Positions 47,230 through 59,209 of a stretch of DNA of 64,000 bases are shown here, piece after piece. The translations under genes were made by a program, and so were the position numbers. How positions within the stretch are numbered: position 1 is the stretch's first letter; the number at the start of each line of letters is the position of its first letter. The stretch comes from Octopus sinensis (lineage: Eukaryota), in assembly GCF_006345805.1 (NCBI RefSeq), contig NC_043000.1, positions 152,272,001-152,336,000 on the forward strand. The letters run 5' to 3'. The notes under the pieces were generated by a model. It saw only the letters and a program-made list of their open reading frames with translations. It was not told the origin of the DNA and made no database searches.

Positions 47230-47590
47230 CACATTACTATATCACTTTGATCACTTTGACCGACCAGTCCGTCAGGCGTCCATTCGACACCGCTGGTCAC
47301 AGCACACTGTCCACTCCTCTCTGGATCACGCCTTTCTCATCCATGTGATCCCAATCGTCCTCCTGAAATTGTAATTCTACCGTTGTGGAGGTCTTCCGGG
47401 TGGTCTTTTTCGCTCACGCGAGTACCACTCGACAACTGCATGCGTCCACCGATTATCGGTGAGCCGGGCGACGTGTCCAGCCCATCTATACTTGCTGCGT
47501 GCATACTCTGCGATGACATCTCTCACGCCGGACATCTTTCTGATGATCTTGCTACTTATGTGCTCTCTCAACGAGATACCAAGCATTGAA
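47230..47590 (-). mobile_element. RTE-type LINE 3' fragment (third family)
   Basis: MLGISLREHI...SKYRWAGHVARLTDNRWT...RKRPPGRPPQR. Confidence 0.82.
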
Positions 47591-47717
47591 ACATTACTAT
47601 ATACAAACACAAAACCATGCTAAAAATTCAGAAATAAAACCCTTCAGAGTTAGAGAATTCAAAATGTAGCACCATTGGTAAAATATGCTGCTGGATGAAT
47701 GAATTAGAAAGAATATA

Positions 47718-47869
47718 CAGTAATCCCTCGACTATCATGATTTATTACTTTTATAATTTGTATATATCAATTTTATTGTAAATGCAATAACAACACCATG
47801 GAGGAATGAATGTAAGCTTAAATAATAAACAGCAATAGGGGAACTGCAAGATGGCGAGGGATTACCTTG
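47718..47869. mobile_element. Tigger/pogo-like MITE
   Basis: TA|cagtaatccctcg ... cgagggattaccttg|TA. Confidence 0.7.
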
Positions 47870-47871
47870 TA

Positions 47872-49845
47872 CCATAAAAACCCATGTAATTTACACCCTT
47901 TTTTTTTCATGAAAACAAAAATAAACTTTAGTGGGTGGGTAAGTTACATGAGTAGATCGTTTCTAGAACTTTTTTAGAAATTTTTTTTGCTGAAAAATGA
48001 CATAAAAATATGACATCCCTACTGGAAGTTGACTCGATTAATGTCAGAATAGGTTTTTACAGAAAAAATGTAATAATGAAGTTGACTTTTATTTAAGCTG
48101 GACAGTATAATGCTTACTTTTTCTGTATAAATTTACTAAAACTATTAAATAGTTAAATACTTTTTGAAGTTTGATATTCATGCTGGTAATCACAGTCTAG
48201 GTCATATTTTACATTGCCTGGAGTTTCTACCTATCGCAATGGAGCCCAGTAATTACCCTAAATAGATCAGTTTTTCTCTACTTAAGAAGTCTAGCTGATA
48301 TAAATCATGAATCCTTCAACAAGACCAATCTTACAGGAATGAAAGACAGCTTAAGAAAATGAGACAACAACATTTAAGAGATTCACAGTGAACAAGCCAA
48401 TCAAATATGTATTCTCATCATCGGCTACTTAATGAATATCACTATGGTTTCAACACTGCACATCATCATCCTCTTCATCATTGTCCGACCGTGGTCGAGA
48501 CAATGGAATTTACGATGCTACACCAGACTTCATGGTCCATCATGGCATTACGGAGGTCCTGTTGCTGGATGCCTGTATCCCTGGAGATTACATCAGGGTA
48601 GGAGAGTGTGCGCCCTCTGGTATTGCGGGTAGATGGCTTCCAGAGGAGAAGAGTAGAAATTACTTCTTTTTCAGCTCTACAACAATGTCCAGCAAACTGG
48701 ACTCCACATTACGATGCTACACCAGACTTCATGGTCCATCATGTGCTTTCTCCACATTAGGTCAAGGAAATTCATCACTGCCGACATCGCTACTACCAGC
48801 TCTTACTGCATCTAATGCCAATGACAACATCATATAATTCATCCTTGCACATGTAAACTCACTAAGTGAATATGACTTAGTGTTCCTACAGAAACCTTCA
48901 GTTACCTTATACTATGTTTAATGCCGTTTCACATTCATGTTGAATTATGCAGCAATCTTATGTTCTCTTCATAGAACACTTTTAATGTATATATTACCAG
49001 TTCTTTTGGTATAGTAGATTTTTGCTATTCTTGTTTATGTCTCCTCACAGACGTGTATATTCTAACAAGTCGCTTCTTAAATTTTGCATCTCTCTGGTTC
49101 AAGCTGTTTATTTTCTCCTTTCGATTTTTAATGTTTATTTTAGTGGGTTACCAAACTATCAGTTTGGTCTCCCAACTAAAACAGTAATGAGAAATTTTAA
49201 AGTCTGCTTGACATTTTATAAGTGTGAAAGAGATTAAAATTTCAATACTCCGTATCAAAGGTTCTGACAAGAATAGGCAAAAAATCAGAGCTTGAGACAA
49301 GAAGACACTTTTGACCAATCAGAATTCAGTTTACATAATCAGTTTGATCGGTCACCTTCCTCTGTCGGTTGAGTAAAGTGTCATCCAAGCTGATGTTTAT
49401 TGGTAATTAAACTTAATTTGCAACACCTGTGCATATTTATCAGCTTTGTTTTTGTTGATAAGAATTATCTACAACTTTTTCTGTGATCATGATTGGAGAA
49501 GACATACAGCAGTATGCTAAAGATCCGACATAAACTCTTGTGGCCAAGAAATGTAAAATAAAGTTTATTAGAAACAACACAAACACTTTGTGATTTAATA
49601 GCTTTCAATGTGATACCTGTTAAACAGAAATTATTGTTATTTAATGAAAATTTAATAAAATCTAATCATAAGTGAAATTATGCTAAATACAACTAAATTG
49701 CAAACATTTTCCTCTTGGCTTTATCAGCAATTCTGAAAACTCTTGGGTGTGAATTTTACACGAGTAGAAGCATTTTTTCACAATTTTACCTTGAAAATCA
49801 CCTGTGTAAATTAAACAGGTGCACAAATTACATGGGTTTTTACAG
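47872..49845. mobile_element. TA-flanked TIR element of about 2 kb, with later insertions inside
   Basis: ccataaaaacccatgtaattt on the left and its near-perfect reverse complement aaattacatgggtttttacag on the right (2 mismatches); no intact transposase seen. Confidence 0.55.
48461..48745 (-). mobile_element. 3' fragment of the same LINE family as 37405-37880
   Basis: Reverse complement matches 37660-37875; a short segment (cgatgctacaccagacttcatggtccatcat) is duplicated at its 5' junction. Confidence 0.85.
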
Positions 49846-49974
49846 TAGTTCTTTGCTGTTTGTTCTTGTAACTCTTTATATATTGAAGTGACTTCAGCAA
49901 CTAGTCATGTCTGATTGTTGCATTGGAATCACCCAGTGATTGGTTCTATGTTGAGTAAAACAATTTATTTTTTA

Positions 49975-50313
49975 TTTGTTTCAGTCATTAGCCTGTGGTC
50001 AAGCTGGGGCACTGCCTTGAAGAATTTTAGTTGAATGAATCAACCCCCAGTACTTATTTTTTTGTAAAGCCTGGTTCTTATTCTGTCAGTATCTTTTGTC
50101 AGACCAGGGACATAAACACACCAACACCAGATGTCAAGTGGTGATGGTGGTGGTGGACAAACACACACATGATGGGCTTCTTTCAGTTTCCGTCTCCCAA
50201 ATCTATTCACAAGACTTTGGTTTGACCCAAGGCTATAATAGAAGACACGTGCTCAAAGTGCCATGCAGTAAGGCTGAACCTGAAACCATGTAGTTGAGAA
50301 GCCACATCTACAC
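49975..50313 (-). mobile_element. SINE family A, old diverged copy
   Basis: Diverged collinear match. Confidence 0.7.
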
Positions 50314-50934
50314 CTATTGAATAAAAATTGAATTAAAAAGAAATTCCTCAAACATAATTCCGAATTACTTTGCATGTAATAAGTGCCATTGAGAATGTTA
50401 TATGTTTCTGTTATGTAAATATTTGACCCAGGTTAGATTCTTGATTGAAGGCTAGTCACTGGATTTGGTTAAAAAGAGACGATGAGCGATGGCTAGAAGT
50501 ATATTGAGTTCTTCATAACCAGCTGATCTAGCAAGCAGGGCCTCATATCAGTGAGGGGGGCCGGTGCGCATTGATGCCGTCGAGAGGTAGGCCCCGAAAC
50601 GGCGCGCATTCTCTCCTGATGACCCCATACACTTGCTAGCTTCCGGTATACGGAGCTTTTAACTGGTAGCACTTGCATGTGCAAGTTGTTTGCGAGACAA
50701 ATACTCACTTACTCTGCTTATGACTTTAGAAAAAGCATGAACATTAGTATATTCCATTTTTTTCTTCTTACAAATTTGAAGTTTTGCATTTAGTTCAAAA
50801 AATAATTATTCAAATGCATTTTTTTTTAAACAATTAGAACTAAATGTAAAGTTTTAGCTCTGTTTCTTACAGAATCTACTTAAAGATTGGTGCACAAATC
50901 TAATTCACTAGTGAAGTATGATAGTAAGCATGTA

Positions 50935-51345
50935 TACTCTCTTTTACTCTTTTACTTGTTTCAGTCATTTGACTGCGGCCATGCTGGAGCACCGCCTTTA
51001 GTCGAGCAAATCGACCCCGGAACTTATTCTTTGTAAGCCCAGTACTTATTCTATCGGTCTCTTTTGCCGAACCGCTAAGTAATGGGGATGTAAACACACC
51101 AGCATCGGTTGTCAGGCAATGCTAGGGGGACAAACACAGACACACAAACACACACACATACATATATATATATACATATATATGACGGGCTTCTTTTAGT
51201 CTCCGTCTACCAAATCCACTCACAAGGCTTTGGTCGGCCCGAGGCTATAGTAGAAGACACTTGCCCAAGGTGCCACGCAGTGGGATTGAACCCGGAACCA
51301 TGTGGTTGGTAATCAAACTACTTACCACACAGCCACTTCTGCGTC
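50935..51345 (-). mobile_element. SINE family A flanked by a 110-bp direct repeat
   Basis: 50822-50931 is repeated at 51353-51462. Confidence 0.9.
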
Positions 51346-51525
51346 TTGCATCTTTTTTAAACAATTAGAACTAAATGTAAAGTTTTAGCTCTGTTTCTTA
51401 CAGAATCTACTTAAAGATTGGTGCACAAATCTAATTCACTAGTGAAGTATGATAGTAAGCATATATATGTCTCATTGTTATATAATTTTTGCTTAAATCA
51501 TTTGAATTCGTTCTACAATTGCTAG

Positions 51526-51698
51526 CATGTGGTGACACTTTGACCCAGTCTGAAGGAACTATCACCTCACCTGGCTATCCTGATAAAGTGAATGCAAGAT
51601 GGTCTTGCATATGGAAAATAGAAGTTAATCCAGACAGAAGAGTCTATCTAAAATTCCAAGATATAGATTTATATAACTGTAGGAATGCATACGTGAAA
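51526..51698 (+). CDS. CUBN: Cubilin-like exon L (CUB repeat 7, N-half)
   Basis: ttgctag acceptor, aaa|gtaagt donor; CGDTLTQSEGTITSPGYPDKVNARWSCIWKIEV...NCRNAYVK; phase 1 to 0. Confidence 0.92.
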
Positions 51699-51883
51699 GT
51701 AAGTATGTTGATATATTTTTACAATTTTTCTTTTGTGTTATAAAATTTGCAAATTGTTACATTTTCCCTTTGATGAAGCAACCGTCATTTTTAACCTCTT
51801 TCTGCCAGCTCGCCGCCTTCAAGAAAAATATCTCCAGACAAAATACTCAGCCTTCACTGAAATGTCTACAGATAGATTTAGAG

Positions 51884-52212
51884 CGGTGGTTCCCAAACAT
51901 TTTAGGGCTGCTGCCCACTTGACACCCAAGTCACATTCTTAGCAGCCCCACCCCAACCAACCAACCATCATAAACATAGACCTCTTTCTGGAGCAAATTC
52001 AAAGCAACTGTACTTCACAAATAAAACTTAACCTAACGAAGCCATTATTTTGTTGGTTTTTACATGAATCACGACCCCGCTTATAGCCCCACTTTTTTTT
52101 TTTACATGAATCACTACCCCATTATCACCCTGCTTTTCTTCAACACCCCCTTGGAACTTTCCACTGCCCTCCAGCAGGTGGAGGACAATATCACCCACTT
52201 TGGGAACCACTG
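51884..52212. mobile_element. hAT (Charlie-like) MITE
   Basis: TIRs cggtggttcccaaa / tttgggaaccactg; 8-bp TSD atttagag / attgagag (7 of 8 match). Confidence 0.85.
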
Positions 52213-52608
52213 ATTGAGAGGAAATAGTTCCTTTTGAACTGAATGCAGGAATGATGCTGAAAGACCCCTATTCACTGCACTATTCATTGCACTTGATATT
52301 CTAGCTATAGGAAAGGACCATGTACAGCTATGTTAACGATGACTTCAAAGTACCGATGATTAATTTTTGTTAAGGCCTTAGACTAATTCAAAATAATCAA
52401 GTCCTCCGCAAAAAGAAAATATCTTTATCAGTCCTCTTATTTACTTATAATAATTCAAATTAAAAATAAACTATTTTAACATTGTGTGACCTAGGAGGGT
52501 TAAAACATTATGAACATTACTCTATCTTTTCAGATTCTCAAATAGAAGTAAAAGATTTTGTACATCATCGACACTGTTATTATTTTGATAATTATTACTA
52601 TTGTCATT

Positions 52609-52994
52609 GTGGAGGCGCAATGGCCCAGTGGTTAGGGCAGCGGACTCGCGGTCGTAGGATCGCGGTTTCGATTCCCAGACCGGGCATTGTGAGTGTTTAT
52701 TGAGCGAAAACACCTAAGAGCTCCATGAGGCTCCGGCAGGGGATGGTGGTGATCCCTGCTGTACTCTTTCACCACAACTTTCTCTCACTCTTACTTCCTG
52801 TTTCTGTTGTACCTGTATTTCAAGGGGCCGGCCTTGTCACTCTCTGTGTCACGCTGAATATCCCCGAGAACTACATCAAGGGTACACGTGTCTGTGGAGT
52901 GCTCAGCCACTTACACGTTAATTTCACGAGCAGGCTGTTCCGTTGATCGGATCAACCGGAACCCTCGTTGTCGTAACCGACGGAGTGCTTCCCC
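52609..52994 (+). mobile_element. SINE family B, tail type 2
   Basis: 12-bp TSD actattgtcatt. Confidence 0.9.
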
Positions 52995-53237
52995 ACTATT
53001 GTCATTATTGTTGTTGTTGTTCTCTGTATTAATTTTTTTCTTTTTATGTCATCTTGCATACTCTATGTTCTTTTTTTCAAATCATTTAAACAATGAAGGG
53101 AAGTAAATAATTGGCCTGCCAGCTGGTGGACTTGCTGAAGTCACAAAAAGGGATTCCACACTTTGGTATCTCTGGTTGGACCAGACTCAGTGCTGAGTCA
53201 ATAAAGACATTTCCACTTGCTTCATATGGACTTTGTC

Positions 53238-53460
53238 CTTTGGCAGAAACGTTAGCACGCCGGACGAAATGCGTAGCCGTATTTCGTCTGCCGTTACATT
53301 CTGGGTTCAAATTCCGCCGAGGTCGACTTTGCCTTTCATCCTTTCGAGGTCGATAAATTAAGTATCAGTTACGCACTGGGGCCGATGTAATCGACTTAAT
53401 TCGTTTGTCAGTCCTTGTTTGTCCCCTCTGTGTTTAGCCCCTTGTGGGTAATAAAGAAAC
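53238..53460 (+). mobile_element. SINE family D, monomer
   Basis: ggcagaaacgttagcacgccgg...gggttcaaattccgccgaggtcgactttgcc. Confidence 0.82.
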
Positions 53461-53479
53461 ATATATTGCAAGAAGACTT

Positions 53480-53869
53480 ACTCTTTTACTTGTTTCAGTC
53501 ATTTGACTGTGGCCATGCTAGAGCACTGCCTTTAGTCGAGCAAATCAACCCCGAGACTTATTCTTTGTAAGCCCAGTACTTATTCTATCAGTCTCTTTTG
53601 CCGAACCACTAAGTGACGGGGACATAGACACACCAGCATCGGTTGTCAAGCAATGCTAGAGGGACAAACACAGACACACAAACACACACATGCATATACA
53701 TATATATACATATATACGACAGGCTTCTTTCAGTTTCCGTCTACCAAATCCACTCACAAGGCATTGGTCGGCCCGGGGCTATAGCAGAAGACACTTGCCC
53801 AAGATGCCACGCAGTGAGACTGAACCCGGAACCATATGGTTGGTTAGCAAGCTACTTACCACACAGCCA
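53480..53869 (-). mobile_element. SINE family A
   Basis: Near full-length match. Confidence 0.88.
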
Positions 53870-54327
53870 ACTCATCTTTCTTCACAAAATATCACGCAGC
53901 TAGATTTTTAGGAAACACGTATAGAAATGGTGGATGTTATGAGACATTTCTTGATTTTAATCTTCTTTATTTTGATGTGTCTAGGGAGGATCATTACGTC
54001 AATATTAACAACATACAAATTCACTTAAAGAATCTTGCAAACCAAATATGAAATCTTCTTCATATTTTTAGGTATTCATATAATGGATGTTTTTCATCAG
54101 ATATTGATGTTTGTTAGATTAGAAAAACATTTGAAAATTGTGCAATTTTCAGCATATTTCATGATGAGAACACTAGTACCATAATTCCTGTTGACACATA
54201 ACACATGGATGAAATCCAAACATCATAATGTTTCTGGTTTATATACCTTGACTTAATTTTGCTTTGCAATCTACTTTGGGGGAAATTATGAAATTATAAT
54301 ATAAAATCTTCAAATGTTTTCTTCCAG

Positions 54328-54487
54328 GTTTACCAAACGTTATCTTTTGAATATCCTATGATAACATTCTGCAATAATGGAGTCCAAGAGATCAAATCAT
54401 CTCAAAATACAATGAAAATAATGTTTACAACACGTAGAAGCTTTTCTTCAAAATTTAAAGCATATTATACAACTCTGGAAGGCAGAT
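54328..54487 (+). CDS. CUBN: Cubilin-like exon M (CUB repeat 7, C-half)
   Basis: cttccag acceptor, t|gtaagt donor; VYQTLSFEYPMITFCNNGVQEIKSSQNTMKIMFTT...FKAYYTTLEGR; phase 0 to 1. Confidence 0.88.
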
Positions 54488-54760
54488 GTAAGTATAAAAC
54501 TATTTGCATTTATGTGCAAGTGTGAAATAACAACATTGATTAAAATTTTGTTATGGCTTTTGGTGTAATATTGTAAGAAAATTTAGTTACATATTATATG
54601 TAGTGCAATATATAATTATATTTTCTTCAAATTTGTATTTTTTCATGCCAGTGCCACCTGGCTGGTCCCATGCTGGTGGCATATAAAGAGCACCATTTGA
54701 GCATGGCTGTTGCCAGTGCTGCTTGACTCGCCTCCATGCCTGGAGCACATAAGGAGCACC

Positions 54761-55163
54761 TATTTCTTTACTACCCACAAGGGGCTAAACACATAGAGGA
54801 CAGACAAACGGATTAAGTCGATTACATCGACCCCAGTGTGTAACTGGTACTTAATTTATCGACCTCCAAAGGATGAAAGGCAAAGTCGACCTTGGCGGAA
54901 TTTGAACTCAGAACGTAGCGGCAGATGAAATACCTATTTCTTTATTACCCACAAGGGGCTAAACACGGAGGGGACAAACAAGGACAGACATAGGTATTAT
55001 GTCGATTACATTGACTCCAGTTCGTAACTGGTACTTAATTTATCGACCCCCAAAGGATGAAAGGCAAAGTCGACCCTGGTGGAATTTGAACTCAGAACGT
55101 AGCGGCAGACGAAATACCGTTAAGCATTTCGCAGGGCGTGCTAACGATTCTGCCAGCTCGTCA
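54761..55163 (-). mobile_element. SINE family D, dimeric copy, nested in an RTE 3'-UTR-type fragment (54645-55215)
   Basis: 15-bp TSD cacataaggagcacc; period about 184 bp. Confidence 0.88.
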
Positions 55164-55447
55164 CACATAAGGAGCACCATTTGAGCATTGCTGTTGCCAG
55201 TGCCACCGGACTGGTTAAGATAAATTGTAACATTGGTAATATACTCTCTAGCCCCTTTAAGTTTATTTCTATGAACTTGTTTTTTTTTATATCACCTTTT
55301 TCTTCATGGTTCATATTTATATGAAAAGAATGATACAGAACTTTTCTGAAGAAAAATGATAACAAAGAGTTACCAAAGGCAGTAGAAGGTGCACCTTTAT
55401 GCAAGTCTCTTACTTCAAGGATCTCAGATCATTCATGGCAGATTTAA

Positions 55448-55666
55448 CCCTTTAGTGTTCAGATTATTCAATCAAACATAATGCCTATTGATTCCTATTG
55501 ATTTGAATTAATCATGCATTATCTCATTTCTTCAAGATCTTGATGGTGTAATTACTTAATGTAGAATAACATTGTAGGGTAGGTGTGAGAGCCTGGATCT
55601 GGTCAGTTTGAACATAAAACAGATTAGCTATTTTGGCCGGATATGGCCGGTTTAAATACTAAAGGG
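55448..55666 (+). mobile_element. piggyBac-type MITE, family 2 (partial copies also at about 790-1008 and 58160-58259)
   Basis: TTAA TSDs; TIRs ccctttagtgtt / aatactaaaggg. Confidence 0.85.
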
Positions 55667-55699
55667 TTAAATAGTGGCTTCATGGTCTATAGAAGTTTT

Positions 55700-56620
55700 G
55701 CTTGGAAATAACTCAATGTTATGAAGAATATCTGGAGAGTTAACCTATCCAGACAACTCTTGAAGAGAAACTTCTTAATAGGAACTAAGACAGTCCTCCT
55801 TTACAGCTGTGAAACTTGAATCCTTGTTCGGCCTAGGATTAAGTCCCTCTGTTGCTGCTACCCTCATGTTCCAGCTGGTCTTCAGCACAGATTGCCTATA
55901 GAAAGTGATCAATGAGATTTCCTGATAGTAACTTCCTTCAATTGAGCAACAAGATTGAGGCAAGACTGGGGATGGAAGCACTCCGTCGGTTACGACGACG
56001 AGGGTCCCAGTTGATCCGAATCAACGGAACAGCCTGCTCGTGAAATTAACGTGTAAGTGACTGAGCACTCCACAGACATGTGCACCCTTAACGTAGTTCT
56101 CAGGGATGTTCAGCGTGACACAGAGAGTGACAAGGCCGGCCCTTTGAAATACAGGTACAACAGAAACAGGAAGTAAGAGCGAGAGAAAGTTGTGTTGAAA
56201 GAGTACAGCAGGGATCACCACCATCCCCTGCTGGAGCCTCGTGGAGCTTTTAGGTGTTTCCGCTCAATAAACACTCACAACGCCCGGTTGGGGAATCGAA
56301 ACCGCGATCCTATGACTGCGAGTCCGCTGCCCTAACCACAGGGCCATTGCGCCTCCACTGAGGCAAGACTACTGCAGCTTGTAATGGATTGTCTGAAACA
56401 CATAGGGCTGCCCTACAGCCAAGTCATTTCGAGTAACCAACCAGTGGGAGAGCATAAACAATGGGTGTTCTCCCAAAACTATGGCTAAGACCCTAATGGA
56501 GAACAGTGATGCTGCAACTGCTGATGAATTCAGGCTATTGATTATAGAATAGAAAAGATGGTTTTTTTCTCTTATCATGTCCAACACAAGTGGAGGCGGA
56601 AAGCATGTTCAGTGCAACTT
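55700..56620. mobile_element. Possible old retroelement remnant hosting a SINE insertion
   Basis: Coding-like composition, continuous on both sides of the SINE at 55968-56358; family not recognised. Confidence 0.3.
55968..56358 (-). mobile_element. SINE family B, tail type 2
   Basis: 12-bp TSD tgaggcaagact. Confidence 0.9.
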
Positions 56621-56905
56621 TTTTATTAAATTAGTTTTTAAATCACAATAATTTCAACTCTTACCTTATTCTCTGCACATCTGTACACGGCTTGCATAGT
56701 CATCACAAGCCATTTATCAACCCCTAGTTTTCTTAATGACCGCTACACTACCAAACCGCATCAAAGGTTTTCTCCTGGTTGACATGTGCCAAGTGTAAGA
56801 GTTTTCTGTTGCTAAGTGCTTTCCCTGCAGTTATCTCACTAAGAAGCTGCCTTTGGTGGTACCTTGTTTTGGCATGAACCTAAACCTCACCCCATCAAGG
56901 CTCTC

Positions 56906-57308
56906 TTACTCTTTTACTCTTTTACTTGTTTCAGTCATTTGACTGCGGCCATGCTGGAGCACCGCCTTTAGTCGATCAAATCGACCCCGGGACTTATTCC
57001 TTGTAAGCCCAGTACTTATTCTCTCGGTCTCTTTTGCTGAACCACTAAGTGACGGGGACATAAACACAGTAGCATCGGTTGTCAAGCAATGCTAGGGGGA
57101 CAAACACAAACCCACACACACACACATATATATATATATACATATATCTGACAGGCCTCTTTCAGTTTCCGTCTACCAAATCCACTCACAAGGCATTGGT
57201 CGGCCCGGGGCTATAGCAGAAGACACTTGCCCAAAATGCCACGCAGTGGGACTGAACCCGGAACCATGTGGTTGGTTAGCAAGCTACTTACCACACAGCC
57301 ACTCCTGC
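56906..57308 (-). mobile_element. SINE family A
   Basis: Full-length match. Confidence 0.88.
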
Positions 57309-57534
57309 TATTTCTATTTCTTATCAATTCTACTATAATGTCATAATTATTGTAAACCGGTTCATCAGTTTCATTCCTTTGAACTTACCTTTCTCTTGTG
57401 CATCTCATTTCTTTTTGTAGCAGTTGATGATGATACTGCTACACTAGTCATTAGCATAACATCTTCCTATATACTGCTTGACCAGATCCAGCCTCACACA
57501 CCTACCCTACAATGTCATTCTAAAAATAGACAAT

Positions 57535-58160
57535 CCAGCATCGCCTCGACTGGCTTCCGTGCCAGTGGCACGTAAAAAGCACCATCCAAATTGTGGCCGA
57601 TGCCAGTGCCGCCTCGACTGGCTTCCGTGCCGGTGGCACATAAAATGCACCAGTCCAACCGTGGCCGTTGACAGCCCCGTCTGGCACCTGTGCAGGGACA
57701 TAAATGACAGGGACGTAAACACACCAGCATCGGTTGTCAAACGATGTTGGGGATGAAAATGAAAATGGCAAGGGAAAATCAAAATCAAAATCGATCAACA
57801 TCAATGGAAATTGTAGCTGTGATACCAGTGCCGGTGGCACATAAGAGAACCATCCAAACATGGCTGTTGCCAGCGCTGCCCCGACTGGCTTCTGTGCTGG
57901 TGGCACGTAAAATGCACCAATCCGACCGTGGCCATTGGCAGCCTCGCCTGGCACCTGTGCAGGTGGCACGTAAAAAGCACCCACTACACTCACGGAGTGG
58001 TTGGCATTAGGAAGGGCATCCAGCTGTAGAAACACTGCTAGATCAGACTGGAGCCTGGTGCAGCCTTCTGGCTTCCCAAATCCCCAGTCGAACCGTCCAA
58101 CCCATGCTAGTATGGAGAACGGATGTTAAACGATAATGATGATGATGATGATGATGATCA
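57535..58160 (+). mobile_element. Composite of two RTE 3'-UTR-type segments separated by a short SINE A fragment (about 57706-57752)
   Basis: Family match on both sides; gacgtaaacacaccagcatcggttgtc in the middle. Confidence 0.8.
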
Positions 58161-58334
58161 TTGAAATCTCGTAGCTATGAGATAAGATAAAGCCTGATTA
58201 ATTAAAAACAATGTAAATGAATGTGTCATATTTGACAGAGTAATCTGAATGCTAAAGGGTTAAAATATTGTTGTTCAGGCATTAATATGGAAGAGTGCTG
58301 AAAGTATTCACAATACTGTGAAAAGTAAATATTA

Positions 58335-58728
58335 TCTTTATATATAAAAGAGAGGTTGTGTGTCTGTCTCCTACGATTTAGATTCCTAACTACTCCCACA
58401 TTTTGCGGTGCAGTTTAACCAAAACTGGGTATCTTATAGTCGTGATTCATATCGAGCCCTTCTGGGTATTAGCGCGCGTCTACGATGAGTCTACGATTTA
58501 AAAAAAATTTGCCATCAATTTTTCCCATTTTTAATGCATTTTTGGCATATATAAGGGAAGTAACTCTCTAAAAATTTATTATTAAATCTCAGAACGTAAA
58601 AAGCTAGAGTAACATCCCCCCCCTTTGTGGTTAGCCATATTGTGATGGCTATTATACTTTACATCTCTAAAAATGCTTATATAGTTATTTCCCTTACAAA
58701 CCCGAGCAACGCCGGGCAATACTGCTAG
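58335..58728 (+). mobile_element. Non-autonomous Helitron
   Basis: Same termini and hairpin as the other copies. Confidence 0.87.
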
Positions 58729-58771
58729 TTTAATCATAAAAGTAAATTTAATTATAAAATTAAAACTTTTT

Positions 58772-59195
58772 TGGATCTTCTCGGTTTGAACGGCAGTTTT
58801 TTCTAACGGTGTCATATGAAATTGTCACCCATAATTATGACCCTAGTATCGATCTAATGTATTTCAATCTATTTTAGGGTTAGGGTTAGGGTAAGGGTTA
58901 GGGTTAGGGTATTTTTTTTCTTCAGAAATGTAAATAAACCCAATCTGTTTCTTAAACGAGGGACATTTTCATAAGGCACAGAATGTTTTCACCTCAATAG
59001 ACTTCATTGATTGGTTGAAATTGCAGAAATTGAAGAAAAAGAAACAACAAATATCTTAGAAACTATAGAATTTTCTCAATAAAGCCAAGAGATAAAGATG
59101 TTTTATAAACACATTCTACCAGTATATGAAGTTTAAAAGTGTTTAGTTACGTAGAAATTATTTTAAAAAACTGCCATTCAAACCGAAAAGATCCA
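58772..59195. mobile_element. MITE with TIRs of about 33 bp and an internal (TTAGGG)n run
   Basis: tggatcttctcggtttgaacggcagtttttt / aaaaaactgccattcaaaccgaaaagatcca; TTAGGG-like units at about 58874-58909; TSD unclear. Confidence 0.75.
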
Positions 59196-59209
59196 CATTT
59201 TTAATGTAA

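Larger units (their letters stand above)
46611..48461 (+). repeat. Direct repeat pair of about 165 bp (46611-46777 and 48295-48461) bracketing exon K
   Basis: Near-identical sequence catgaatcctt(t/c)aacaagaccaatcttacagg...cactgcaca. Confidence 0.92.

Noticed and set aside
58874-58909. Telomere or chromosome-fusion site
   Set aside because: Only about 6 units, enclosed within MITE TIRs
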